This document shows positions 13,463 through 26,055 of a DNA stretch of 64,000 nt, in pieces. The position numbers and the translations under genes were made by a program. Origin of the DNA: Gigantopelta aegis. Its lineage: Eukaryota. The notes under the pieces were generated by a model. The model was not told where the DNA came from. It made no database searches and was given only the letters and a program-made list of their open reading frames with translations. The number at the start of each line of letters is the position of its first letter. Position 1 is the stretch's first letter. The DNA is taken from contig NC_054708.1 in the NCBI RefSeq assembly GCF_016097555.1, forward strand, positions 62,396,537 to 62,460,536. Reading direction: 5' to 3'.

Positions 13463-13527
13463 CAGGTTTTGTGACTCCAAGTTGGCTTCATGCTCTATTT
13501 CTTTTGCTTCTGCCTTCAGTGTTACAG
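13463..13527 (-). CDS. MVP: MVP exon (A-VTLKAEAKEIEHEANLESQNL)
   Basis: Matches human [26 protein letters not shown]. Acceptor ttttgcag, donor GTCAGT. Confidence 0.8.
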
Positions 13528-13729
13528 CTGCAAAATATAACGCAGTAAAAGTATAGGATTGTAGTGCATATAAAAAGTCAAAGAAAAGTAAGCATAATAC
13601 GAATATGATTGTAAAGCATGTAAAAAAAACTACTTCTCAGCAATAAATATTTGGTGGAAGTGAAACTTTTGTCTCGTTTTGTAAACACAAATAATTATAG
13701 GATATTAAATAAGCTTCCATTTAGTAACA

Positions 13730-13870
13730 TGTTGCATGTTCCTTGTGAAATAATTTTCATTGTCACTCGCTAAAGCTTGTGACAACTGAACATTATTTCA
13801 CTCGTGACATATTTAGCGAGTAACAATGAAAATTATTTCACATAATATGAAATGGTAGCGAGTTTAGTAT
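13730..13870. mobile_element. Hairpin MITE (gtgaaataattttcattgtcactcgctaaag / inverse); related copy at 44560-44690
   Basis: Arms at 13748-13778 and 13803-13838 are inverted. 44568 gtgaaataattttcattgtcacccgctaaag. Confidence 0.55.
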
Positions 13871-14017
13871 CCTATTTAATACCCATAATTGATCTTAATT
13901 TATATTACTCAACTTGTGTAGTTGACATTCCTGTAAGGTAGTGCACCAATCAATGATGTCATCGTGTGATGTCAAAGTGATACGTCCCACGTATCACTTT
14001 GATATGTACCAAAATAT

Positions 14018-15620
14018 TTTTAATAATATGTGATTATTAAAGCCCGGTTTATGTTTCCCTGTTCAACCCATGCAGCCTGTTTACCTTCAATCTCACTGTT
14101 ACAAATAATATGTGATTATTAAAGCCTGGTTTGTGTTTCCTTGTTCAGCCCGTACAGCCTGTTTACCTTCAATCTCACTGTTACAAATAATATGTGATTA
14201 TTAATGCCCGGTTTGTGTTTCCTTGTTCAGCCTGTGCAGCCTGTTTACCTTTGATCTCACTGTGACAAATAATATGTGATTATTAAAGCCCGGTTTGTGT
14301 TCAGCCCATGCAACCTGTTTACCTTCGATCTTGCTGTGACAAATAATATGTGATTATTAAAGCCCGGTTTGTGTTTCCTTGTTCAGCCCGTGCAGACTGT
14401 TTACCTTCGATCTCACTGTGACAAATAATATGTGATTATTAAAGCCCGGTTTGTGTTCAGCCCGTTCAGCCTGTTTACCTTCGATCTCACTGTGACAAAT
14501 AATATGTGATTATTAAAGCCCGGTTTGTGTTCAGCCCGTGCAGCCTGTTTACCTTTGATCTCACTGTGACAAATAATATGTGATTATTAAAGCCCGGTTT
14601 GTGTTCAGCCCGTGCAGCCTGTTTACCTTCGATGTCACTGTGACAAATAATATGTGATTATTAAAGACCGGTTTGTGTTCAGCCTGTGCAGCCCGTTTAC
14701 CTTCGATCTCGCTGTGACAAATAATATGTGATTATTAAAGCCCGGTTTGTGTTTCCTTGTTCAGCCCGTGCAGCCTGTTTACCTTCGATCTCAATGTGAC
14801 AAATAATATGTGATTATTAAAGCCCGGTTTGTGTTCTGCCTGTGCAGCCTGTTTACCTTCGATCTCACTGTGACAAATAATATGTGATTATTAAAGCCCG
14901 GTTTGTGTTCAGCCCATGCAGCCTGTTTACCTTTGATCTCACTGTGACAAACAATATGTAATTATTAATGCCCGGTTTGTGTTTCCTTGTTCAGCCCATG
15001 CAGCCTGTTTACCTTTGATCTCACTGTGACAAACAATATGTGATTATTAAAGCCCGGTTTGTGTTCAGCCCGTGCAGCCTGTTTACCTTTGATCTCACTG
15101 TGACAAACAATATGTAATTATTAATGCCCGGTTTGTGTTTCCTTGTTCAGCCCGTGCAGCCTGTTTAACTTCGATCTCACTGTGACAAATAATATGTGAT
15201 TATTAAAGCCCGGTTTGTGTTCAGCCCGTGCAGCCTGTTTACCTTCGATCTCACTGTGACAAATAATATGTGATTATTAAAGTCCGGTTTGTATTTCCTT
15301 GTTCAGCCCGTTTACCTTCGATCTCACTGTGACAAATAATATGTGATTATTAAAGCCCAGTTTGTGTTCAGCCCGTGCAGCCTGTTTACCTTCGATCTCA
15401 CTGTGACAAATAATATGTGATTATTAATGCCCGGTTTAAGTTCAGCCCGTGCAGCCCGTTTACCTTTGATCTCACTGTGACAAATAATATGTGATTATTA
15501 AAGCCCAGTTTGTGTTTCCTTGTTCAGCCCGTGCAGCCTGTTTACCTTCGATCTCACTGTCACAAATAATATGTGATTATTAAAGCTTGGTTTGTGTTCA
15601 GCCTGTTTACCTTCGATCTC
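14018..15620. repeat. 74/81-bp intronic minisatellite, about 21 copies; the unit contains the MVP exon 21 end plus its splice donor
   Basis: Unit (minus strand) is ...atttgtcacagtgagatcgaag|gtaaacaggctgcacgggctgaacacaaaccgggctttaataatcacatatt. The first unit overlaps the authentic exon end TGTCACAGCGAGATCGAAG|gtaaacagg at 15601-15629. Confidence 0.9.
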
Positions 15621-15837
15621 GCTGTGACACTCGATGATAACCCGCTCGGCCTGGGCCTGAGCCTCGGCTTTAGCCTGGCCGCACGACTCGATAGCCGCCG
15701 AGATCGCCTGCAGCTCCAGCAACTTGGCGCGCTCCTTCTCAGACTCCTTCTCATTGAGGAGTTTCTGTCGCTCCAGTTCACCACGCGCTATCTGCTCATT
15801 TCTCTCTGCTTCATGAAATGCGGATGCTTCAATGGAC
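15611..15837 (-). CDS. MVP: MVP exon 21 ([76 protein letters not shown]-)
   Basis: Matches human ...[69 protein letters not shown]. Acceptor tatcacag, donor GAAG|GTAAAC. The last 19 nt plus the donor are copied in the downstream array. Confidence 0.85.
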
Positions 15838-16513
15838 CTGTGATAAAAATGTGGGTTTTTTTATTTTGTTTAATTATTATTATTTTTTAAGAAATTGTGT
15901 TTGGATTTTACAATTAATAGATATCAGTTGTAAAAGTCAAGCATTTCAAGTATGGTGTAACTGTTTAAATAAGGTATATATCAGGCATGGCAGAAGCAAT
16001 TAGACATTGGGAGGTGGGGGGCTGACTGAGATATGGGTGTTCGGAGATATGCTCCCTCGTAAAATTTTGAAAACTAGATGTCCTGAAATGCAATTTCCTG
16101 CATTCTACAATTAAAATTCATATCTGCCAATTACTACCAATAATATTTTTGATTCAGAATTATTGGGGGTTCTAGAGCACCCACCCCACTCCAACGTGTC
16201 TGTATATATGCCTAGGATATTTTGTGATATTCATCTACACTGAGGATATCTAAAATACTTTAATTAATAATAATAATATGACAATGAAAAGACTAATATG
16301 TGACTCATATATTATACAGTCATGTACATGTAGTTGAATTGATCTTCAGATTACTCCATCTTACTACACTTGGTGTGCAGGATTCAGTCAAAAGTTTTAA
16401 ATTCAAGACTTTATTACCCTGACATATTTTAACAATATATAATATGGTGGTAGTCCTCGAGCACCATGATTATAAATAATTTGAAAATACATTTTTAAAA
16501 CGTCAGAAATCAC

Positions 16514-16614
16514 CTAGTAGATATTTCTATTGCCAGCTGTACAGACTTGCTGAGGCTGTCTCTCATCTTGGGGTCCGAGGGTTCAATACTCTGGATGTCT
16601 ATGTTGGTGACCAC
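16514..16614 (-). CDS. MVP: MVP exon ([33 protein letters not shown])
   Basis: Matches human [33 protein letters not shown]. Acceptor aaatttcag, donor GTGATT. Confidence 0.9.
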
Positions 16615-17439
16615 CTGAAATTTCATCCAAAATCTAACGTGTAGATTATAATGTGCTGAGGTGTGACTGAAAACAATTTCTTCTACAATTCTTGAAACAT
16701 TATTAGCACAAGGATTTTATCCATCAATTTTTATTTTTAATATTTTGGCCAATAATGGCCATCACAATTAAACCTTCACCTTCAGAAATGAAAATAACCC
16801 TGAACAAAACAATGCAGAAAACTTTAATTTGTGTCTAAACAAAATTCAAATAGAAACTTGTAAGATAAAAGTTTGTTTTGTTTATAACGACACCACTAGA
16901 ACATATTGATTTATTATCATCGGCTATTGGATGTCAAACATTTGGTAATTTTGACATACACATGTAGTCTTAGAGGGGAAACCCGCTACATTTTTCCATT
17001 AGTAGCATGTGATCTTTTATACGCACCATCCCAGACAGGATAGCACATACCACTGGCTGACCCCATAAGATGACAAGTAACATATCTTCTATATAGTGGT
17101 ACAAACAACTACATGTACATGTAATAGTGTAGTTTATAATGATGCTAAGAGGGTTAAGAGTTAGCCTCTTTAAAACAACTGATTGCTTAATACACATCTC
17201 TCTGTACTCTATTAGATGATTCAGGCTAATAGTAAACTGATCTCTTGAGGTACATGTAGGTACAAAGATGTAACTCTCCAGACTTTAATGCCAACCGAAA
17301 AGTGTTTCTGACCATGTTCTGTGACAAAAAGCTAGCAATAACCCATTCAACACTACTTTACTACACCCAGCACATTTTCTATGTGACAAAAATGTTGTAA
17401 TTTTTCCCAGCATAAAGGCTTAAAGTGACAGACCCTAGT

Positions 17440-20200
17440 TTTTAAACACTACAACATATTTTCACTATTAACACGTTGACTGCTGCCCACGAGTATATTC
17501 GTATGCTGAGCGCACCAGATTTTGCCACTACGAGTTTACTCGTAGTAAAACCAGTGCTGTGTCGTATTAAATTAAAGTTGTCAGCAATGGCAATAACACA
17601 ATTAGTAACCTTTCTGGCAATGACTAATAACAAATTGATGTAATAATCAATGAAATTATTTATTAATTAATGTTTGAATGATTTTGATTGTGAACACAAG
17701 TCACAGCATTTCATAATGGAAATATCTTGACACATATCTCTTTGACTAAATCATTTATAGTTATAATGTTAAAAATCAACATAAATACAGGAACAGATTT
17801 ATTCCTAATGTTTCAGAGCAATTTGGACTATGTTTGAAACATTCATATAAATGATGAATCAATGATCGTCTTCATTGATGAAAGTCAAAACTATAACACA
17901 GCGATCAAAAGAAAAAACCGTTTTGCCATGTATAATGTGTCTATGCTTGAACTATTAATAAATGTGGGTTTATTGTCAGTGTCATATTGAATTGGTATGT
18001 CCATTATTCTGACATGTGATAAACTTTGAAACATTTTCCCACACAAACAGCTGGCTTCCTGGGGCAGACTTCACAGATGTAACAGGATTCCCGTCTTGTA
18101 CCGGCCTTTGTGCACACTCGGCAAGGTTTGGTAGGTCGCTCTTTCTTCTCTGTGGGAGGCAGTGGTGCAAGGTAATGGAATGTCTCATTTACTGGAGCCT
18201 GGGAATGTGCTGGGCCGTGGTCATGTAATTTGTCATAGACATCACCAAGCAGGTGAATTGTAATTCTAGGATATGCAGGACAATCTTCTTATACCACCGG
18301 ATTGTCTTGCGCAGCGCCGGGTAGTAAGACAGCATTTGATCTGACCTGTCTACTCCAGCCATGCCATTGTTGTAATCTCGGACTGTGTTCGGCTTTCTTG
18401 ACAGCTTGTCATTCCGATTTCTAACATCAACCATCTCAATTCGATGCATGTTGCTGATTGTAAGAACTTTGCATTTGTCTTTCCATTTGCAAACTACCAC
18501 TGATTCAGACCGCTTCCAAACATGTTCCCCCTTCTTCAACTTCTGTTTGATTAAATCTTTTGGATTTTCTTTTCTGTCAAATCGCAGAGTTCCACAAAGA
18601 TAGGTTGATCGGTTTGTCATCTTCTTCACCAGACTCACAGAATTGTAATAATTATCTGTGTACACCACATGGCCTTTGTCTAGGTAGCCGTCCAAGAGGT
18701 CTAGAACAGTTGCAGCAACTTGACCATAGCCATCATCATCAGTTAGGTGGACACCACTGTATACCCAAATCTTCAGAACAGTGCCTCAAGGCTTGCACAG
18801 TTCATAGAGTTTGATTCCATATTTATGACGTTTATTCTTGATATACTGGCGAAACAGCAATCTGCCACGCCAAAGTACCATGGACTCATCAATAGAGAGA
18901 TCTTTCCCTGGATAGTAAATAGCCGGCATGACATCGTTGAAATGATCCAGAACAGTGCGTATCTTGAACAAGCGATCATCATTATGTTGATCATTGTCTG
19001 CAAAATGCCAGAAACGCAAAAGTAGTTGGAAATGGTTGCGGCTCATGACACCACCAAAAAATGGTGAACTGTATAGAACATCAGTACTCCAGTAGTGTTG
19101 TATAGTAGGCAAGGTTTTTGGACCCATGTGAAGCAACAATGCAATGAACTGTTTCATTTCCTTAGCATCCGTGTCCTTCCAAGATTTCAAATGTGATTCT
19201 CTTCTTAAAGGACACTGCTTGTTTATTTCCACTGCAGCATATCGATTTGTTTCTGTAACCATTTTATCTATCAACTGTGGTGTCAGAAATAAATCAAAAT
19301 ATGCACCGGGCGATGTATCCTGTAAGTCCATTCTAAGACCAGAGTTTTCAGTGAAAGCAAAGTCAGGTGGATCTTGGGCAACATCTAACCATGTATGCAC
19401 TGGGACAGCACAATTTCCACGCCCATCTGCTCCATTCCGTCCTGTGCCTGGTGCTGGGCTGGAAACTGCTTGTCTATTAAACAAAATTGCAGCTCTACCT
19501 TGACCACGATATCGTACACTTCGACCTCTAGCTGGTGTAACCGCACCACGCCTACCACGGCCATCACCGCTTCCAGGAGTTCCACGACCACGAGGTCCTC
19601 GAGTGCGAACACCACGAAATCTAGACCTACCACGTGTTGCCGGTTGTACCCCATCGTCACTTGAAACATACGAGTCTGATGAAATCATTGTATCACCTTC
19701 TTCACTGCTCCAGTTAGTATGAAGATCTAGTGAATCAGTATCACTAATATCCATATCAGGATCATCACTTTCCTCATCTGTTTCCATCATCAAAGCGGCA
19801 ACTTGCTCAGCAGAAAGGTTTCTAGTCGCCATTTTGGAAAGTAGCAAGTACTGAGTATCAAAATTACGTAACAAAAACCAATGACGCAATAAAATCTGGG
19901 AGGCACGTGACTCGTAGCTGGCAAATACAATACAGTGATTGCATAATGTTGCCAAACTACGACTTGTACTTGGCATACCAAATAAAAATGTTATATTTCA
20001 TTGCCAGCTACGAGTAATTTCATGTCACATGCTCTTCCATAAACGTACTAAGTAATATGCATAAAATAACTTAGAAATAACATTTATGGGTAAATAAAGG
20101 AAATGCATATCTTTATATGACTTGGCAAACTGGACCAGCCGCCATTTTGTTTACGGCACTCAACGTGTTAAAGACGTTTCTGATAATTTAACTTAGAAGT
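17440..20200 (-). mobile_element. piggyBac-like DNA transposon relic inside an MVP intron (boundaries approximate)
   Basis: ccctagttttTTAAacac at 17444. Subterminal inverted repeat ttaacacgttgac (17468) and its inverse gtcaacgtgttaa (20163). Repeated ctacgagt subterminal motifs at both ends. Confidence 0.5.
17982..19976 (-). pseudogene. piggyBac-type transposase (DDE_Tnp_1_7-like) broken into three ORF pieces (396+168+68 aa) by two frame disruptions
   Basis: Peptides SPGAYFDLFLTPQLIDKMVTETNRYA, YYPGKDLSIDESMVLWRGRLLFRQYIKNKRHKYGIKLYELC, HVVYTDNYYNSVSLVKKM and CGTLRFDRKENP are piggyBac hallmarks. C-terminal Cys-rich piece CLPQRRKSDLPNLAECAQRPV. Confidence 0.8.
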
Positions 20201-20975
20201 ACTTACGTTTTATTATTTAGAATATTAATTTTCGTACACCTGAAGTGGTTCTGGTCATCCAGTTTTTTGCAATACCCCAAAATGCATTTTTCATAATTCG
20301 AAAACTGTCCGTTCGTCTGAGAAGTAACCTTTATCGAGACAAGCTCTAGTTAATTTTACAGTATTTCCAATTATAACTTTATCCAAATGTGTGTTGCAGG
20401 TTTGTGGATTAACTACTGTACAATACTTTATTTTCGCGGGATAAAATTTTCGCGATTTAATGAAAATGGGTCAATTCGCGAACATTTATTTTCGCGAATC
20501 TCCCAACCCCATCAATAAAAAAACGAAGTACAGATGTCAATAATTTTGTTTTAAAAACGGAACTTAGTTTTGCCGGTTGTTACGCTAATCTGTTGAACTA
20601 ATCCTACATGTACACACAAGTGCTATACACATAAAACAATAGTTTTCCTGCTTTAACCAATCAAGACTATTTGTTTACAAGTTAATAAGCTTACAGAAGG
20701 TGCTTACTGCGTGCAGTTTTTCGTAATCCTTATATTTGTTATAAAAACAAAAACCGAAAACAAACAAAACGAAATTTGAAGGCACAAGCTACTAGTACTC
20801 AGTAACTTAAGTTTGATTGAAACAATATTTATTGCCGTCAAAATACTAGTTCAAAACGGTTTGTGATTGGCTAACAGGCAAAACCTTTAGAGTAAAGTAG
20901 CGACGTGTACTATGAGTATAGTACAAGGTCTGTACATTCATTTTGAAATTATATCTGTATTGATAAAGTTCTAAA

Positions 20976-22262
20976 ATGTCGTTGTTAAAGTGGCTGAACA
21001 CAGTTCAGAAACCAAAATTATCGGGTTTACCAAATCCTAAAGAATGTTTGTCTGCAGAACAAGTGATGTCTTTTGAAACTGCCAACAACGCCACCGAACA
21101 GATAGAGACTAGTAAAGTGAACCCAAGAAAACGTAAACACAGTGATTACGGTCTACATGTATATACTGAAGAAACTTGTGCTAAGTTTTCCCGTTATGCA
21201 ATCGATCATGGAGCGGCTCGCAAATTTACTGTTGATCTGGGTAAAAAACTTAATGAAAGCACTGTTAGAAGTTTAAAGGCGTCATACTTAAAAACAACAA
21301 GGATCACCAATGATGGCAGTTCATTAAAGTCATTGCCGAAAGGTCAACGTGGACAGCCCCTTATGCTTTGCAAGTACGATGACTTGGTGAAAGAATGGGT
21401 CAAAACCATGAGGATTCATGGGGGTGTCATCACCACTGCCACCGTGACCGGTGCCGCGATCGGAATTGTGAAGAAACTTGAACAATCAAAGTTGCGCGAG
21501 TTTGGTGGGCCACTACAAATCACAAACACTTGGTCGAAATCATTTTTATCCAGGATGGGCTATGTCAAACGGAAAGGGACGAAAGGAGTAAAAAAAAAGT
21601 GCCCGGTGATTTTGAAACGTTAAAATCACAATTTATCGATCGTGTGAAAAAGGCTAAGAGTGAAAATAACATCCCTGATGAACTCATCATCAACTGGGAC
21701 CAGACGGGTGTCAACCTTGTACCTGGGGGCGATTGGACATTTGAAGAAAAAGGTGCCAAACAAGTGACCATCAGTGGCAAAGATGACAAGCTCCAGATTA
21801 GTCCTGTTGGCTGTCTCGATGGCTGAAGAACTTCTCCCACCACAGGTGACATATGGTGGTAAAACTGACAAGTGTCACCCGCATGTGGAATTCCCGGAAG
21901 AATGGAATGTTACACACACAGAGTCACACTGGATTAACGAAAATTCAATGTTGGAATTCTCTGAGGAAATTGTAATTCCTTACATGGATAAAATGAGAAC
22001 AAATCTCAAGATGGCAGATGATCAACGATGTATTGCTATCTTTGACGTGTACAAGGCACACCAGTGTAAAACATTGCTAGACAAACTGAAAAAAGCTCAC
22101 ATTCAGGTGGTCTTCGTTCCTGCTGTGTGCACCGATCAGCTACAGCCGCTGGACTTAACGTTCAATAAAAACTATAAGATGGAACTAAAAAGGTGTTTCA
22201 TTCACACGCGAAATAAAGCATTCTACATTTTCACAGGCTGTAACAAGGGTCTATGCCTTTAA
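20976..22262 (+). pseudogene. pogo/Tigger-like (DDE_1) transposase relic, split across three frames
   Basis: psq/CENP-B-like HTH region (AIDHGAARKFTVDLGKKLNESTV). Tc5-type HTH (ITNTWSKSFLSRMGYVKRKGTKG). DDE_1 motifs NWDQTG ... FDVYKAH ... TDQLQPLDLTFNK. Frameshifts near 21620 and 21780. Confidence 0.6.
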
Positions 22263-22333
22263 CATATGTAACACTAATTTAACATACGCATAACACCTAA
22301 GTGGCCCGATGGTACAATAAACACATAAGTTAC

Positions 22334-22476
22334 CAGATTATTAGCAGGAAACTTGAGCTGACGATGGAGTTTGCCATCTTCGTCCATCCCGAACACGGCA
22401 GTGTGAATGACCTTGACCGAATGTCTGTGGAACTCGTCAAATGGAACAAAAGCAACGGCAGCTCGGATCTTGCTAC
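22334..22476 (-). CDS. MVP: MVP exon (SKIRAAVAFVPFDEFHRHSVKVIHTAVFGMDEDGKLHRQLKFPANNL)
   Basis: Matches human [57 protein letters not shown]. Acceptor ctaacag, donor GTAACT. Confidence 0.9.
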
Positions 22477-22975
22477 CTGTTAGTTAAAAAACAATCTTTA
22501 AGCAGAAATGTCTCAGTATGTTGTCACTTATTGTTAGCTAACAGGTGTTAGACACAAGGTTACTGTATGAGATGAAATCTACTGCTGCAACATGTCTTCA
22601 GCTGAGCTATTTTGATTTCCCAAAATATATTAAAATTATTTATTCATAAATGTAAGACAGACCAGGGTTTAAACTGTCTTTTGCCAAATGCAATTAAAAG
22701 TTGAATTCAGTGAATATATTATGTAATTACATGTACTAATTCGCCGAAAAAGCTAATTCAAAAACTGTTTCGTTTGTTTGTGTATAGCTATTTTAAAAAA
22801 TAATTCTGTTTAGCTACATGTTACTTGAATTTGGCTTCGCACTTTCTGATCAAATTCGCCAAATTGCTATTAATGTTTGGTGTCTACCTTAAACTCTTAC
22901 AGACTGCCAATTCATAAAATGTAAAATGGAGAAAACTTGAGGTGTTTTCTCTTTTTTTTATAGATGCATCACCTG

Positions 22976-23123
22976 TCCTCAAACTAGTGCATATTCCCCT
23001 AAGAATAGTAGTCTGGTTCGAATATCCCAACAGCCAATGGGATGGCCTAAAATTCTTCTTGTTGGGATGTTCAAACCAGACTACTATCCTTAGGGGAATA
23101 TGCACTAGTTTGAGGACACGTGA
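22976..23123. mobile_element. Perfect-hairpin MITE (about 148 bp palindrome)
   Basis: cctcaaactagtgcatattcccctaagaatagtagtctggtt ... aaccagactactatccttaggggaatatgcactagtttgagg. Confidence 0.8.
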
Positions 23124-23331
23124 TGTTGAAAAGAAAATAGTTTCCTGACTTGTAAAGAGAGTCTAGTTTCTACTCCATTATGGCTGCAATTTCAGGTACA
23201 TGTAATTAATGACAGATTTCAAAATTCAAGAAAGCAAATGGACATTTTAGGCATAGATATTTAAAATACACTAAGTATTATAATTTTTATGCCTTGCAAT
23301 CTGTATGAGCAACAACAGTAATGAAAATTAC

Positions 23332-23410
23332 CTATTCGTTTACATGCAAATCCAATAAAATCTGGAACGGCAAAGAGTTTTGCCTCACTGGCCTGGTCTC
23401 CTTTCACATA
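23332..23410 (-). CDS. MVP: MVP exon (YVKGDQASEAKLFAVPDFIGFACKRI-G)
   Basis: Matches human [24 protein letters not shown]. Acceptor aattttcag, donor GTAATT. Confidence 0.85.
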
Positions 23411-26010
23411 CTGAAAATTAACAAAATCCACATGCAATTACATAGATACCACTTTAGTGTTAGTTTAATGTACAAAATGTTTTATGTTAGTTCACTCTGT
23501 AAAGGTGATAAAAACAACTATTATTAATGAAGAGTAATTGTGACGGGGGTTTTTCGCATTCAAAGTGTCAATTTTTTTTTTTTTTTATAAAAGCTCAAAT
23601 TTGTATTAAAATGTTTGTTCTCGAAAATTATTAAAATTTAAGCCCTGGGATTAAAGATGAGCTGTGCTGGTAATCTTGTAGGCTACAAAAATAAAATCAA
23701 TTTTAATACTGACACATGTAAAATAAATCCTTTTGTCTTAACTCCCCTTGTCACCTTCTTCAGTTACGGTGAGCCCATTCGGTACGTAGATCTCCTATAC
23801 AAGTCATGAGTATTCTGCTATGAGTGCTATGTAAACTGGACCCTGATCGAAACTGTCAAATGTCTATAATGGTTTTATTCTGCTGTGTATGATTTTCTCA
23901 AACAACGATTTTCCCCAAATAGAATACAGTGAAACCAGTCTAAACCAGATCATTCCGGGGACCTAATATTTATCTGATTTAGACAGGATCCAGTGTTTAG
24001 ATGGTCACATTTTAGTATTTGGAGAATTCGGGACCATGAAACTTGGCCAATTTTGACAGGATTCCAGTTTGTTCTAGGTCCAGTTTCGACAGGTTTCACT
24101 GTATTTCAAAACGACAATGATTATTTTATAAATTTATTATAACCAGTGCCAATGTCCATCATAAATCTAAATGTACTCACCTCAAAACGACAATGATTAT
24201 TTTATAAATTTATTATAACCAGTGCCAATGTCCATCATAAATCTAAATGTACTCACCTCAAAATGATTGTTGAAACATATTCTCACTCTCAGTCTAGCAT
24301 GGTCAGATGTTTCAACCTAGCAAAATGAAAAAGAGACAATGAAGTATTTTATGTATGCCAGGGCTTCTAGATTATGGTAGCCCCACTTCCATGGCTAGTG
24401 ATATTCAATGCTGGGCTAGTAAATAACTACTATTGCCATGCCCGACGGCTAGTGAAAAGAAAGAAAAAAAAGAGTCTAATGCTGCAGTTAGGTCTATTTT
24501 GTAAATATATATATACCCACACCACCACCACCACCACCAAGTGTTAGTGTTTTTAAGCTCTATCTTCCTGTTTAGGTGTCATATCTGATTACTATTAATT
24601 AGTAAAATTATATTAACTTAAAGTAAAGTAGGGCTAGTGAATTTTTAATCGTGGCTAGTACATTTTTAAAATCACTGATCCCATGACTAGTGGATTTTTA
24701 TAAAATTCTATAAGCCCTGTGTATGCACTAATCACCTGTTAAATATATTCTTATGACATGTTTGTCCAATCTGTTTTAAAATATGTTCAACATACATGAA
24801 TACAATTATTTGTTGAACATGTATTTAAATATATTTATAATGTTCTTGTTCATTAGGATTTTTTGTGTGAGCACGCACTTTAAAAACCAAAACAAAATGT
24901 TGTTAAAACAAATTGCTCTTTTAGTACTGGATGGGTGTAGCAATGAATACTCTTTGTAATTTGTATATGTGTGAAAATGTTGATAATAAGTAGAAATTCA
25001 ACATGCATCAAAATAAAATGTGGTACATCTTGTCAGTGGCATTCTAACATACAGTGGTTATAATTTACAGAGATATGTGTGTGTGTTTGGGGGGGGGGGG
25101 GGGGGGCGCTCCAAAGTGCCCCTATTCTTTAAAATTGAATGAATTAATATAAATTTGTTTTTAAGAGAGGATGGTTGTAATATGTTAGTTGGCTGGGTGT
25201 TTTCAGGATGGAATGGCATATAAATAATGTTAGTATAGTTTAGAATAATAAAAATGTCCTCACTACATTTGTATTTTTCAAATCTATATACCAGCTGCAT
25301 AAAACATGCATGCATTCATTCCTGTTATTAAAAGCATGCTTGGTAAAAAGTATCAAAATCATACTTTATACAAACTTGGTAAAAAGTATTAAAATAATAC
25401 TGTATACAAGTGTGGTAAAAAATATTAAGATCATACTTTATTCACATTTGCTCAAACAATATTAACAACACATATACATATACATGCTTACTAAGGCTCA
25501 TTTTCTATTTGTTTACATGATTATACTAAATGGTGTTTCAAGCTATTTCAGCTATTTAAACTGTCTATCTAGATAAAATCTGATAGCCAAATTACTAGCG
25601 GTTAACAAAGGAATGAATGTTTATCCACACCCCAGCATGAAAAATACACTGGTTATTGGGTGCATGGTTAAAGAGACAGAAATCCATGTAAAGATTACAT
25701 CTCTCCACTGATATGAAGCCAGTACTGGAATACGAACCCAACACATACCAAATGTGGTTTTTTTTTAACTGACCCCAGATCAATAATAATGTCAGGGTTG
25801 GGGAGCCTTGTATCACCACCGTACAATACAGTTTTAATTACACCAAATATATCCAAGTAAATGAAATATTAGATAAAACAAAATCTTAATACTGATGGCA
25901 ACCGTAAGCCGGTAGCATGGTGGTTAAGCCAGGGCATAAACCTGCACAATATCTCATTTTGTACCACGGGACGATATTTAAACATCTTAGGTAACCGGAA
26001 TTCAATTTAC

Positions 26011-26055
26011 CTGATTTTGATCTACATAATAGGTAACACAAATTACATCTGCATA
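26011..26055 (-). CDS. MVP: Probable MVP exon (YADVICVTYYVDQNQ)
   Basis: Lies between flanking exons in the correct phase (0 to 0). Acceptor attcag, donor GTAAAT. Weak similarity to sea-urchin ...RLSLQLSYNWQFKYD. Confidence 0.45.

Noticed and set aside
15498-15890. Three overlapping ORFs at the exon 21 region (two on the minus strand, one on the plus strand)
   Set aside because: Only the minus-strand frame giving ...[48 protein letters not shown] is MVP. The others are alternate frames of a GC-rich coiled-coil-coding exon.
19144-19669. ORFs on the plus strand (119 aa, 89 aa) and a minus-strand 94-aa ORF overlapping the piggyBac relic
   Set aside because: Antisense or off-frame relative to the piggyBac transposase. 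Low-complexity (S/T-rich) translation.
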